Shown piece by piece: positions 33,931 through 43,519 of a DNA stretch of 64,000 bases. The position numbers and the translations under genes are program-made. How positions within the stretch are numbered: position 1 is the stretch's first letter; every line of letters begins with the position of its first letter. The notes under the pieces were generated by a model, which searched no databases, was not told where the DNA came from, and worked only from the letters and a program-made list of their open reading frames with translations. Origin of the DNA: Clostridia bacterium (GTDB taxonomy: Bacteria > Bacillota > Clostridia > Oscillospirales > CAG-272); contig JAFWPR010000004.1 of NCBI GenBank assembly GCA_017545225.1, positions 6,115 to 70,114 on the forward strand, given 5' to 3'.

Positions 33931-35832
33931 ATGACGAATGATTACGACGTAATAGTGGTGGGAGCCGGTCACGCCGGGTGCGAGGCGGCTCTTGCCGCGG
34001 CGCGCACCGGTATGAAGTGCGCCCTTTTCACCCTTTCTCTCGACGCCGTGGCGAATATGCCGTGCAATCCCTCAGTCGGCGGGTCGGGGAAAGGGCACCT
34101 TGTTTTTGAGATAGACGCGCTCGGAGGCGAGATGGGAAGATGCGCCGACCGCGCGACGATCCAGTCGCGGACGCTGAACACGAGCAAGGGGGCCGCCGTG
34201 CGCTCGAAGAGGGTGCAGACGGACAGACGGTATTATTCCTCCCTTATGAAAAAAACGCTCGAGGCAGAGCCGAACCTTCACCTTATTCAGGCGGAGGTCA
34301 CCGCGCTTCTGACCGAGGAGGCGGCGGGAGAAGTTCGGGTCGCCGGCGTCGCCGCGGAACCGGGCGGCGAATATTCCGCGAGGTGCGTTATCATCTCGAC
34401 CGGGACGTATCTCGGCGGGCTGACTCATATAGGAGACGTGCGCCGCGAGCAGGGTCCGGACAACTCGAACGCGGCTCTGAAACTCACTTCGTCTCTGCGT
34501 GACGCCGGACTTCCGATCCTCCGGTTCAAAACTGGGACTCCCCCGAGGATCCACCGCCGTTCGATCGACTTCTCCGCGCTCGACGTGCAGGAGGGCGAAG
34601 AGTATATCACTCCGTTTTCGTATTACACCGACAGCGCGGCGTTGAACGGCATAAAGCAGACCGTCTGCCACATCGCGTACACGAACGAAAACACACACAG
34701 GATAATAAACGAAAACATTGACCGCTCGCCTCTTTTCTCCGGCGCGATCCACGGGACGGGTCCGAGATACTGTCCGTCGATAGAGGACAAGGTGAGACGG
34801 TTCCCCGACAGGATACGTCATCAGCTTTTCGTCGAGCCTATGGGACTCGACACCGACGAGATCTATCTTCAGGGTTTCTCCTCGTCGCTCCCCGCAGACG
34901 TGCAGTATAAAATGCTCCGATCGATCAGGGGATTCGAGGAAGCCGAGATCATGCGCTTCGCGTACGCGATAGAGTACGATCTTTGCGACCCCTCGGCGCT
35001 GCTCCCGACGCTCGAAGTCAAATCGGTGCGCGGCCTTTACGGCGCGGGACAGTTCAACGGTACCTCGGGCTACGAGGAGGCGGCGGCGCAGGGACTTCTC
35101 GCCGGTATCAACGCGTCTCTGTCCGTGAGAGGCGAAGAACAGATAGTTCTTCCCCGCTCTTCGTCGTATATCGGCACGATGATCGACGATATCGTGACGA
35201 AGGGCATAACCGAGCCTTACCGCATCATGACGAGCCGGAGCGAGTTCCGCCTCCTTCTGAGGCAGGACAACGCGCGCGACAGACTCCTTGAGTTCGGCCG
35301 CCGCGGCGGTCTGATCGGCGACGAACGGTATGAGAGAACGCTCGCCGACCGGGAAAAGATCGCGAAAGAGCGGGAAAGACTCCGCCACGTGAACTTCGGT
35401 CCCGGCGCGGTCAATCCGTTCCTCGAGGGGCTCGGGTCGACTCCCGTGTCGTCGGGTGTCAACGCCGAGGAACTCATAAAGAGGCCGGACGTCACGTTCG
35501 AGGACGTCGCGTCGCTCGACCCCGAAAGCGGAAAACTCCCGCGTGAGATGCGCGACCGCATCGAGACGGAGATCAAATACGAGGGATACATAAAAAGGCA
35601 GACCGACGAGGCGAACCGTCAGCGCAAGGCGGAGAATATGAAGCTGCCGGGCGGCGTCGACTATCTCTCCATAAGAGGGCTCAGGATCGAAGCGGCGCAG
35701 AATCTGAACAAGGTCCGCCCTGCGACGGTCGGTCAGGCGTCGCGGATATCGGGGGTCAACCCCGCCGATATCTCCGTTCTCATGATCTGGCTCGCGTCTT
35801 TCAAAAACGGAGGACAAGGCGATGAGGATTGA
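33931..35832 (+). CDS. mnmG: tRNA uridine 5-carboxymethylaminomethyl modification enzyme MnmG (GidA)
   Basis: The ATG at 33931 gives MTNDYDVIVVGAGHAGCEAA. Also CNPSVGG and GQFNGTSGYEEAAAQG. Confidence 0.95.
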   Translation: MTNDYDVIVVGAGHAGCEAALAAARTGMKCALFTLSLDAVANMPCNPSVGGSGKGHLVFEIDALGGEMGRCADRATIQSRTLNTSKGAAVRSKRVQTDRRYYSSLMKKTLEAEPNLHLIQAEVTALLTEEAAGEVRVAGVAAEPGGEYSARCVIISTGTYLGGLTHIGDVRREQGPDNSNAALKLTSSLRDAGLPILRFKTGTPPRIHRRSIDFSALDVQEGEEYITPFSYYTDSAALNGIKQTVCHIAYTNENTHRIINENIDRSPLFSGAIHGTGPRYCPSIEDKVRRFPDRIRHQLFVEPMGLDTDEIYLQGFSSSLPADVQYKMLRSIRGFEEAEIMRFAYAIEYDLCDPSALLPTLEVKSVRGLYGAGQFNGTSGYEEAAAQGLLAGINASLSVRGEEQIVLPRSSSYIGTMIDDIVTKGITEPYRIMTSRSEFRLLLRQDNARDRLLEFGRRGGLIGDERYERTLADREKIAKERERLRHVNFGPGAVNPFLEGLGSTPVSSGVNAEELIKRPDVTFEDVASLDPESGKLPREMRDRIETEIKYEGYIKRQTDEANRQRKAENMKLPGGVDYLSIRGLRIEAAQNLNKVRPATVGQASRISGVNPADISVLMIWLASFKNGGQGDED

Positions 35833-36598
35833 GACGGCGGTCTGTTTTGAAGAGTTTGCGGCGGCGTACCTCACCGCCGTCGGTTCTTCGGAGATCGCAA
35901 AGGACGACGGACGGCTGACCCGTCCCGAATTTCTTGAAACGGTTTACGGTATTTACGAAAAACTCATCGAGGGATCCGAAAAGGCGAATCTTACCGCGAT
36001 ACTCGACCCGCGCGGCGTCGCGGAACGCCATATCCTTGATTCCCTTATACCGTATCTCTTCCTTGAAAAGAGGGGAGCGATAAAAGACGGCGCCCGGATA
36101 GCCGACGTCGGCTGCGGAGCGGGTTTCCCGACTCTGCCTATCGCCGCGTTCGCGGCGTCGTGCGGGGTCGCCCTGTCGGTCACCGCGATCGACTCGACGG
36201 CAAAGAAGATCAGGTTTCTCACGGAGACTGCGGGGTCGCTCGGGATCTCCGGGATCGACGCCGTCTCGGGCCGCGCGGAGGAGCTTGCGCGTCCGGGAGG
36301 CGGTTTCCGTGAAAAGTACGGTCTCACCGTCGCGCGCGCCGTCGCGCCTCTCCCGGTCGTTCTTGAACTGACGGCTCCGTTCGTTAAGACGGGCGGGTAC
36401 GTTACGGCGTACAAGGGGCGCGAGGACGAAGAAGAGAGCGCCGCGTCGATTGCCGGAAAGCTCGGTCTTACGGGGCCGGAAAAGATCGCTTATACTCTCC
36501 CGTCGGGAGACGCGCGGACGTTTTTCATCTACGAAAAAGCCGCGCCGACCCCGGACCGGTATCCGAGAGCGTACGCGAAGATCGTATCAAACAAGTAA
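35822..36598 (+). CDS. rsmG: 16S rRNA (guanine527-N7)-methyltransferase RsmG (GidB)
   Basis: SAM motif ADVGCGAGFPTLPIA and HILDSL. Located downstream of mnmG. Confidence 0.85.
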   Translation: MRIETAVCFEEFAAAYLTAVGSSEIAKDDGRLTRPEFLETVYGIYEKLIEGSEKANLTAILDPRGVAERHILDSLIPYLFLEKRGAIKDGARIADVGCGAGFPTLPIAAFAASCGVALSVTAIDSTAKKIRFLTETAGSLGISGIDAVSGRAEELARPGGGFREKYGLTVARAVAPLPVVLELTAPFVKTGGYVTAYKGREDEEESAASIAGKLGLTGPEKIAYTLPSGDARTFFIYEKAAPTPDRYPRAYAKIVSNK

Positions 36599-36667
36599 AA
36601 TACAAATAAATACTGACGCCGCGGAACGGGCAGATAGAGCAATTTTCAAATTCCGGAGGGAACAAAA

Positions 36668-38953
36668 ATGGCAAAGAAGATAGTATCTGTGCTTTTGGCG
36701 GCGTTTTTTATGCTGTCTGCGGCGCCCGCCGTCCTCGGCGACGGCGCGGCGGCGTCCTTTACCGACGTCGACCCCGACGCTTGGTACGCGGAATACGTCG
36801 AGGCGGTTTGTGAGCGCGGTATAATGACGGGAAAAGGCGGCGGGATATTCGATCCCGAAGGAAACGTGACCCGCGCCGAATTCGTGACCGTTCTGAAGCG
36901 GCTGTCCGGCGACGGCGACGCTGCCGGGACGGCGTCTTTTTCCGACGTCGCCGAAACGGACTGGTTCTATCCGTACGTTATGTGGGCGGCGGACAAAGGG
37001 GTCGTGACGGGTTATCCCGACGGCACGTTTTTGCCTGACGCCCGGATACTCCGCTCCGAAATGGCGGCGATGGCCGCCCGCTATATCCGGATCGAGGGCT
37101 GCCGCGTCACGGATGACCCGGACGCCGCGGGGAGTTTCCCCGACGTGCCCGCAGACGCGTGGTACGCGGAGGACCTCGAGATGATGAGGACCACGGGTCT
37201 CTTGAAAGGCGACGCCTCGGGGCGTTTTCTGCCCGACGATACCGCCACCCGCGCGGAAGCGGCGACCTTCTTCAAGCGTTTTTCCGATATGATCGCGGCG
37301 GAGGATCCGTATGAAGAACTGCTCGGTACGGTTCGCCTTGAAACGGAGACCGGACGCGACGTCGAATCGAAAGAAGTCTATATCAGCGCGTCGTTTTCGC
37401 TGACCGCCCCCGACGGGCGGGATATCTCTTACGACAAGATCTCCATCCGCGGAAGAGGGCAGGCGAGCTGGGGTCTTGAGAAAAAGCCTTACAAGCTGAA
37501 GTTACCCGAAAAGGTCTGCCTGATCGACGAAACGGGGAGCGGGACGAAGGCGAAGGACTGGACGCTCATCCCCTGCCACTCGGACAAGAGCCTTATCAGG
37601 AATTATCTCGGTTTCAAACTGGCGGGGGCGCTCGACGGCATCGAATGGACGCCGTACGGAGAACTCGTTCACGTGTATCTGAACGGCGAATACAGAGGCG
37701 TATATCTTTTGTCGGAACACGTTGAGGTCGGGAAGGGCAGAGTCGACATCAAGGAGGGAACGAAGGCGGATATAGGATTCCTCATCGAGTACGACTCGTG
37801 GGCGACCGGAGACTATAACGTCGATATGTTCTCTTCTTCCGGCATCAAATACTCTGTGCAGAGCGACTTCGGCGATACGGATCAGGTCATAGCGATGAAG
37901 TGCCACCTCGAGACGGTCTACAACGCCGTGCTGGAGGGCGACCGCGAGAAAGTCGAACGGTACGTCGATCTCGCGTCCGCCGTGGATATTTACCTTATCA
38001 ACGAGGTCTACAGGAACAACGACGTCGACTGGTCGTCGTTCTTCATGTATTTCAAGGAGCCTCAGGGCAATCTCTATTTCGGTCCCGTATGGGATCTGAA
38101 CCTCGCGTTCGGAAACTCGTCCGAGCAGACTTCGACGTCGGGGCTCGCCGTCGGTCATATCATTTCGACGTCGGGCAAGTACAAGGGCGTAAGGAATACG
38201 TGGCTCGCGGCGTTTCTGTCGAACGACTGGTTCCGTCAGATGGCCGCGGAAAGATGGGAACAGATAAAGGATACCCTGAAAGATACCGCCGCGTCGGAGA
38301 TCGCCCTCGTCAAATCGAGGATCGGAGATCTTGAGAAAAACTTTGAGGTCTGGGACGTTCTGAACACGGCGCTCGGGCAGGAGCCGGAGGCGACCCTTCG
38401 CTGTAATTCATGTCTTGAAAACGTCGAATACGTCGAGAACTGGCTGAAGGCGAGGATCGACTGGCTCGACGGATACTATTCGTCGTCCGCTTTCGGCTCG
38501 GACTATCCCGCCGACAAAACGAAGATCGCCCCCGGCGCCGTCGGAAATACGGAGATCGTCGACACGCACGACGCATGGGTGATCCCGGACTGGTTCGAGG
38601 GAGACCGACAGGTCCAGCTTTACGTTGACAATATAGAAGAGTACTGCGGTATAACGAGAGGGCGCATCGAAGTGAAACTCGGCGGCTACTCCACGGTGAC
38701 GGAGAAGAACGTGACGAGAGTCGTGATAGGCGAACAAATGCACCTTGACACCGACAGGTACGAGATGTTCTTCGATGAAGACGAATTTGAGGCAGCGAGA
38801 GAAGAGTATCACGGACTCGGCGACGGTCAGTCGATCATTTTCGAACTCAAGACAGGGATCAGAGACCTCGTGACCGGCGATGAATCGACGCTTGTGAAGG
38901 TCAAATACACGTTCGTCAAGGACCTTTCTCTGAACGACAAATTCGGAGAATAA
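36668..38953 (+). CDS. SLH-domain protein fused to a CotH kinase-like domain
   Basis: Signal peptide, then three N-terminal SLH repeats (FTDVDPDAWY, FSDVAETDWFY, FPDVPADAWY). A CotH-like core follows (YKLKL...WTLIPCHSDKSLIRNYLGFKLA...VHVYLNGEYRGVYLLSEHVE...FLIEYD). Confidence 0.7.
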   Translation: MAKKIVSVLLAAFFMLSAAPAVLGDGAAASFTDVDPDAWYAEYVEAVCERGIMTGKGGGIFDPEGNVTRAEFVTVLKRLSGDGDAAGTASFSDVAETDWFYPYVMWAADKGVVTGYPDGTFLPDARILRSEMAAMAARYIRIEGCRVTDDPDAAGSFPDVPADAWYAEDLEMMRTTGLLKGDASGRFLPDDTATRAEAATFFKRFSDMIAAEDPYEELLGTVRLETETGRDVESKEVYISASFSLTAPDGRDISYDKISIRGRGQASWGLEKKPYKLKLPEKVCLIDETGSGTKAKDWTLIPCHSDKSLIRNYLGFKLAGALDGIEWTPYGELVHVYLNGEYRGVYLLSEHVEVGKGRVDIKEGTKADIGFLIEYDSWATGDYNVDMFSSSGIKYSVQSDFGDTDQVIAMKCHLETVYNAVLEGDREKVERYVDLASAVDIYLINEVYRNNDVDWSSFFMYFKEPQGNLYFGPVWDLNLAFGNSSEQTSTSGLAVGHIISTSGKYKGVRNTWLAAFLSNDWFRQMAAERWEQIKDTLKDTAASEIALVKSRIGDLEKNFEVWDVLNTALGQEPEATLRCNSCLENVEYVENWLKARIDWLDGYYSSSAFGSDYPADKTKIAPGAVGNTEIVDTHDAWVIPDWFEGDRQVQLYVDNIEEYCGITRGRIEVKLGGYSTVTEKNVTRVVIGEQMHLDTDRYEMFFDEDEFEAAREEYHGLGDGQSIIFELKTGIRDLVTGDESTLVKVKYTFVKDLSLNDKFGE

Positions 38954-38962
38954 AAAAAGAGA

Positions 38963-38999
38963 CCGTCCCGATCGGTAAACCCGACCGGGACGGATTTTT
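38963..38999 (+). terminator. intrinsic terminator (usable on both strands)
   Basis: CCGTCCCGatcggtaaacccgaCCGGGACGGATTTTTG. Confidence 0.65.
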
Positions 39000-39004
39000 G
39001 TTAT

Positions 39005-39565
39005 TCAACAAATGGGGTTTCCGTCTTTGTCAAAGATCGGAAGCGGTTCGAGATAGATCAGATCGTCGCGCTTCTGCGCGTCGCCCTCGGCGAGGATCGC
39101 CATTTTGCCGACGATATTACCGCCCGCCTCTTTGACGAGATGCTCGAGAGCGGCGAGGCTCTTTCCGGTCGATATGACGTCGTCGACGATCAGGATCCTC
39201 TTGCCCTTCATTTCGTCCGCGTCAGCCTTATCGAGGTAGAGTTTCTGATCGCCGTCGGTCGTTATCGAGCGGACGTCGACCTCGAAGACCTCCTGCATAT
39301 AGAGCTTCGCTTTCTTTCTGGCGATGAAATACTTCTTGTTGCCGAGCAGCCGCGCCATCTCGTGAGCGAGCGGGATGCCCTTCGCATCGGCGGTGATGAT
39401 GTAGTCGTGCTCGGGAGCGCGCTCGATAAGCGCTTTCGCCGCGGCGGTGGTGAGTTCGGGATCGCCGAAGATCACGAACGCGCCTATGTACAGTTCGTCG
39501 TTCAGCGGGCAGAGGGGAAGAGCGCGTTCGCAGCCCGCTATGTTCATCTTATAAGATTTTTTCAT
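39005..39565 (-). CDS. phosphoribosyltransferase family protein (purine PRTase-like)
   Basis: PRPP-binding loop ILIVDDVISTGKS. 186 aa. Confidence 0.7.
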   Translation of the reverse strand: MKKSYKMNIAGCERALPLCPLNDELYIGAFVIFGDPELTTAAAKALIERAPEHDYIITADAKGIPLAHEMARLLGNKKYFIARKKAKLYMQEVFEVDVRSITTDGDQKLYLDKADADEMKGKRILIVDDVISTGKSLAALEHLVKEAGGNIVGKMAILAEGDAQKRDDLIYLEPLPIFDKDGNPIC

Positions 39566-39577
39566 TTTCCCGTCTCC

Positions 39578-42016
39578 TTATTTCGATCTGACCTCTGCGC
39601 CCATCACGTGAGTGATCTTGCGCATCACGGAATCCGCGACGCTCTCGATCTCGGCGCCTGTCAGAGTTTTTTCGTTCGATCCTATGACGAGTCTGACCGT
39701 GACGGACTTCTTTCCGTCCGGTATCTGACGTCCCCTGTATTCGTCGACGAAGAGAACGTCCTTCAGGAGCGATCCCTCCGCCTTCTTGCCGAGGATCGCC
39801 GACTTCATCTCATCCCATTTGACGGAGCCGTCGACGAGGAACGAGATGTCGAAGGTGTTCTCCGGGAATTCGGGGATATGCTCAAACCGATTCGTCCTCG
39901 ATCTGAAGGGGACGAGAGAGCCGAGATCGATCTCCGCGAGAGCCGCGGTCAGCACCTTGATGCCGCATCCCTGCGCCGCTTTTCTCGAGATCAGCCCGAG
40001 GTCGCCGATCTTCTTCCCGCCGAGGCAAATATTCAGCCACGCGGCGTCGTCGGACCAGTACGGCTTCTCGATGCGCTCGAAGGTGAGGGGTTCCTGGTGA
40101 GTGTATCTCGGCATCGAACCGATAATACCCTTCGCCTGTCTGAACAGCTCTTCGGCTTTCTCCGGACTTCCGGCGACGGCGAATCCGAGACGCCTTTCCT
40201 GACGCGGGAGTTCCTCGTTCGGATAGACCGAAGTGTAGTCGCGGTCGATGAAGACCTTCGCCTCCTCGAAGATGCCGAAGGAATCGTAGTTGTGTTCGTT
40301 CTTCACTATGGCGCGGCAGATATTCGGGATCATGGACGAGCGCAGGTACTTTTCCTCCGGAGACGGAGGGGTCGAGAGCGCGAGCACGCCGTCGGTTGAC
40401 GGGAGCGTCGCGTCTACAAACTCTTCGCTCATCCACGGATAGGTGAATATCTCCTGCATATCGCATCTGAAGGCGAGGTATTCCTTGATTTTTCTCACGA
40501 GATCCTCGTCCAGCTGGTTGATCGCTCCCTCGAAGGAAGCGGTGATCGTCGTCGCCTCGAAGTTGTCGTAGCCGTACATACGGGCGACCTCTTCCATGAT
40601 GTCGGCTTTTATGCCGACGTCGCCCGTGGAACGCCAGGTCGGAACGACTACGTGCATCTCGTCGTCAGTGTACGTGACCTCGAAGCCCATAGTCCCGAGC
40701 TTGCGCTCGACGATTTCTTTCGGGATCCTCATGCCGAGACGGCGGTCGAGCCATTCGAGCGGAACGTCTATCTCTTTTCTCTCAAGATGCTCACGATAGC
40801 AGTCCGTGAACGCCGTGACCTTCATGTCGGGGTAAAGCTCTTTGAATATTTTCATCGCGAGGGAAAGCGCCTGATCGCATCTTTCGGGATCTATCGCTTT
40901 CTCGTATCTCGCCGAGGATTCCGTTCTGTTGTCGTATCGGATCGCCGTGCGGCGGACCCCCCTGGCGTCGAAGTTCGCGACCTCGAGGATCACGTCCTTC
41001 GTGTCGGGAAGCACGGAGTCCTTGGCTCCTCCCATGACTCCCGCGAGCGCGACGGCTTCTTCCGCGTCTGCGATGACGAGGTCGTCGGCGGTGAGCTTCA
41101 GTTCCTTATCGTTGAGGAGCCCGAGAGTTTCTCCGTCCTTCGCCCTTCTGACCTCGATGTGACCCTTTATCATATCCGCGTCGAAAACGTGAGTCGGCTG
41201 ACCGACCGCGAGCATTACGTAGTTCGTCACGTCGACGAGGGCGTTGATCGGGCGGAGCCCCACCTTCCAGAGGCGGCTCCTCATCTCGAACGGGGCGTCC
41301 TTGACGCACAGCCCTTCGATCCTGCTACCGATATATCTCGGGCAGCGCTCCGTGTCAAGTATACGGATATCGAAGGGAGTCTCCGTCTCGGGTACGTAGG
41401 CGGGGATCGGCTTCAGGGGCAGATCGTAGAGAGCCGCAAGTTCGCGCGCTATGCCGTAGTGGCCCCAGAGGTCGGGGCGGTTGGTCATCGATTTGTTGTC
41501 TATCTCAAGGATATAGTCGTCAAGTCCGAGAGCCTCCGCGAGAGGAGTGCCCGCGGCAGCGTCAAAGGAGGAGAGATCCATTATCTCGTGCTCCTCCGCC
41601 GCCGGGAACAGTCCGTCCATGCCGACCTCGACCGACGCGCAGATCATGCCGAAGGACTCCACGCCCCGGAGCTTCGCGTTCTTTATCTCGACGGGTTCGC
41701 CTTCCCCGTGCCAGCGCACGAAAGCGCCCGGGGTCGCGACGACGACCTTCATCCCGGCCTCGAGGTTGCTTCCTCCGCAGACGATATCCTTTATTTCGCC
41801 GCCGATATCCACTCGGCAGATACGGAGCTTGTCGGCGTTCGGATGCGGGAGGACTTCTTCTATCACGCCGACGATTATGCCGTCGTAGCGGCGCGCGAGT
41901 TCCTCCATGTCCTCGACCTCGACGGTTGACATGGTGAGATCGTAGGCGAGGCGCTTCAGGTCGAGCTCAGCGGGGAGATCGACGAAATCTTTTATCCAGT
42001 TGAGTGAAAGCTTCAT
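39578..42016 (-). CDS. pheT: phenylalanine--tRNA ligase beta subunit
   Basis: 812 aa with N-terminal MKLSLNWIKDFV, a tRNA-binding domain, B3/4 and B5 domains and a C-terminal FDX-ACB-like end. Located downstream of pheS. Confidence 0.95.
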   Translation of the reverse strand: MKLSLNWIKDFVDLPAELDLKRLAYDLTMSTVEVEDMEELARRYDGIIVGVIEEVLPHPNADKLRICRVDIGGEIKDIVCGGSNLEAGMKVVVATPGAFVRWHGEGEPVEIKNAKLRGVESFGMICASVEVGMDGLFPAAEEHEIMDLSSFDAAAGTPLAEALGLDDYILEIDNKSMTNRPDLWGHYGIARELAALYDLPLKPIPAYVPETETPFDIRILDTERCPRYIGSRIEGLCVKDAPFEMRSRLWKVGLRPINALVDVTNYVMLAVGQPTHVFDADMIKGHIEVRRAKDGETLGLLNDKELKLTADDLVIADAEEAVALAGVMGGAKDSVLPDTKDVILEVANFDARGVRRTAIRYDNRTESSARYEKAIDPERCDQALSLAMKIFKELYPDMKVTAFTDCYREHLERKEIDVPLEWLDRRLGMRIPKEIVERKLGTMGFEVTYTDDEMHVVVPTWRSTGDVGIKADIMEEVARMYGYDNFEATTITASFEGAINQLDEDLVRKIKEYLAFRCDMQEIFTYPWMSEEFVDATLPSTDGVLALSTPPSPEEKYLRSSMIPNICRAIVKNEHNYDSFGIFEEAKVFIDRDYTSVYPNEELPRQERRLGFAVAGSPEKAEELFRQAKGIIGSMPRYTHQEPLTFERIEKPYWSDDAAWLNICLGGKKIGDLGLISRKAAQGCGIKVLTAALAEIDLGSLVPFRSRTNRFEHIPEFPENTFDISFLVDGSVKWDEMKSAILGKKAEGSLLKDVLFVDEYRGRQIPDGKKSVTVRLVIGSNEKTLTGAEIESVADSVMRKITHVMGAEVRSK

Positions 42017-42031
42017 CGTTTCATCCTCCTC

Positions 42032-43063
42032 TCAGCAGAACTGTTTCAGGAATTTGAGGTCGGTGCTGTGGAACAGTCTGACGTCGTCGATGCCGTAGCG
42101 CATCATGACGAGACGGTCGAGACCGACGTTAACGTAAAAACCGGTGTACTCGTCGGGATCGAGCCCCGCCGCGCGTAGCACGTTCGGATGCGGGGTGCCG
42201 CCGGGCATTATCTCGATCCAGCCCACGTGCTTGCAGACGCTGCAGCCCTTTCCGCCGCAGATCTGGCATCCCATGTCTATCTCGAAACCGGGCTCGACGA
42301 AGGGAAAGAAGCCCGCTCTCATTCTGACCGGAACGTCTTTGCCGAACACCTTTGAAAGGATCGACTTTATCATGACCTTTCCGGCGGTGAAAGTGAATTC
42401 TTTATCGACGACCAGCGCCTCATACTGGAAGAATGCGCGCTCGTGGTGGCTATCCGTCGTCTCGTTCCTGTAGACCCTGCCCGGATAGACGAAGCGGTAG
42501 GGCGGTTTGTGGGTCTGCATATAGCGAACGCTGTCGCCCGTCAGGTGAGGACGCAGGCAGAGCTTATCGGAAGCGCTCCCCGTGTCGTGACCCTCGATCC
42601 AGTAGGTATCCATGCTCTCCCTTGCGGGATGGTTCGGAGGGAAGTTGAGGTTGTCGAAAGCGTAGTATTCGCTCGTTATCTCGGGGCCGCCGAATATCTC
42701 GAAGCCCATTGAACGGAAAGCGTCGTTGAGGTCGTAGCACATCTGCGTGATCGGGTGAAGTCCTCCGCTCTTGGGATCGAAACCGGGCAAAGTATAGTCG
42801 AAGTCGGGCGATACGCCGAACGCCGCCGCCTCGGCCTCCTCTTTTTTCTTCTGCAGCATTTGCTCGATCTCGGCTCTTACCTTGTTGGCAAACTGACCGA
42901 TGACCGGCCTTTCCTCGGGAGAGAGGTTTCCCATTCCGCGAAGCACGGCGGTCAGTTCTCCCTTCTTGCCCAGGTACTTGATCCTGAACGCTTCGAGGTC
43001 GACGCTCGCCTGTGAGAGCGCTTCCGCCGCCTCCGCGCGGATCTTTTCAAGAATTTCCTTCAT
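42032..43063 (-). CDS. pheS: phenylalanine--tRNA ligase alpha subunit
   Basis: The ATG at 43063 (MKEILEKIRAEA...). Class II motifs include HPARESMDTYW and FPFVEPGFEID. Confidence 0.95.
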   Translation of the reverse strand: MKEILEKIRAEAAEALSQASVDLEAFRIKYLGKKGELTAVLRGMGNLSPEERPVIGQFANKVRAEIEQMLQKKKEEAEAAAFGVSPDFDYTLPGFDPKSGGLHPITQMCYDLNDAFRSMGFEIFGGPEITSEYYAFDNLNFPPNHPARESMDTYWIEGHDTGSASDKLCLRPHLTGDSVRYMQTHKPPYRFVYPGRVYRNETTDSHHERAFFQYEALVVDKEFTFTAGKVMIKSILSKVFGKDVPVRMRAGFFPFVEPGFEIDMGCQICGGKGCSVCKHVGWIEIMPGGTPHPNVLRAAGLDPDEYTGFYVNVGLDRLVMMRYGIDDVRLFHSTDLKFLKQFC

Positions 43064-43099
43064 CACTGTCTCCTGTATCGTAAAAAAATAATTTCGCAA

Positions 43100-43310
43100 G
43101 GTCAAAAAAACCCCGTCCGCAACGGGACGGGGCTAAATGCTCCGCGGTACCACCCGAGTTCCGACCGACAGGCCGGCTCTCTTTACCGCTGTAACGGGCT
43201 GCCCGCGCCGGACTACTCTTGTTCCCCCGGCGTGCTCGGAAGTGAAATGCCGCGCCGGACCACGAAGCCCCTCCCAGCCGCGGGGGCTCTCTCTTTACGT
43301 GCTTGTTCCG
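43100..43310 (-). ncRNA. T-box leader (Phe) upstream of pheST
   Basis: Minus strand carries the T-box sequence AACTCGGGTGGTACCGCGGAG, followed by the terminator AGCCCCGTCCCGTTGCGGACGGGGTTTTTTT. Stem I begins with an AGAGA motif, and UUC triplets lie in the predicted specifier region (CATTTCACTTCC). Confidence 0.85.
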
Positions 43311-43342
43311 GCGAAGCCGTCTTCGTCTTCGCATCTTCGATT

Positions 43343-43371
43343 ATTTTAGCAGAAGATATTTGTCTTGTCAA
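43343..43371 (-). promoter_or_regulatory. promoter of the T-box-pheST operon (TTGACA-17-TAAAAT)
   Basis: Minus strand reads TTGACAagacaaatatcttctgcTAAAAT. Confidence 0.65.
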
Positions 43372-43519
43372 GAGCGCCGGGCCGATGGTATAATAATTGC
43401 CGGCGCAATTATTGACGGCCAAAAGGCGGGCTCTTCGCCCGCGCGCGGTTATCACCGCTCTCAAATGCTGTCGCATTTGCTTTTGTGGTATAATATCATT
43501 TGAAAAAGGAAGTGAGAAA

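Noticed and set aside
34072-35874. 600-aa minus-strand ORF opposite mnmG, and similar shadows opposite pheT (39140..40399, 40652..41929), the glp cluster (46689..47531, 47520..48779), patB (54909..56150), tgt (60879..61922), folC (14091..15392) and the SLH-lysozyme gene (24721..26007)
   Set aside because: Each is antisense or out of frame to a gene with unambiguous conserved motifs. Compositions are Arg/Asp/Gly-rich with no recognisable domains.
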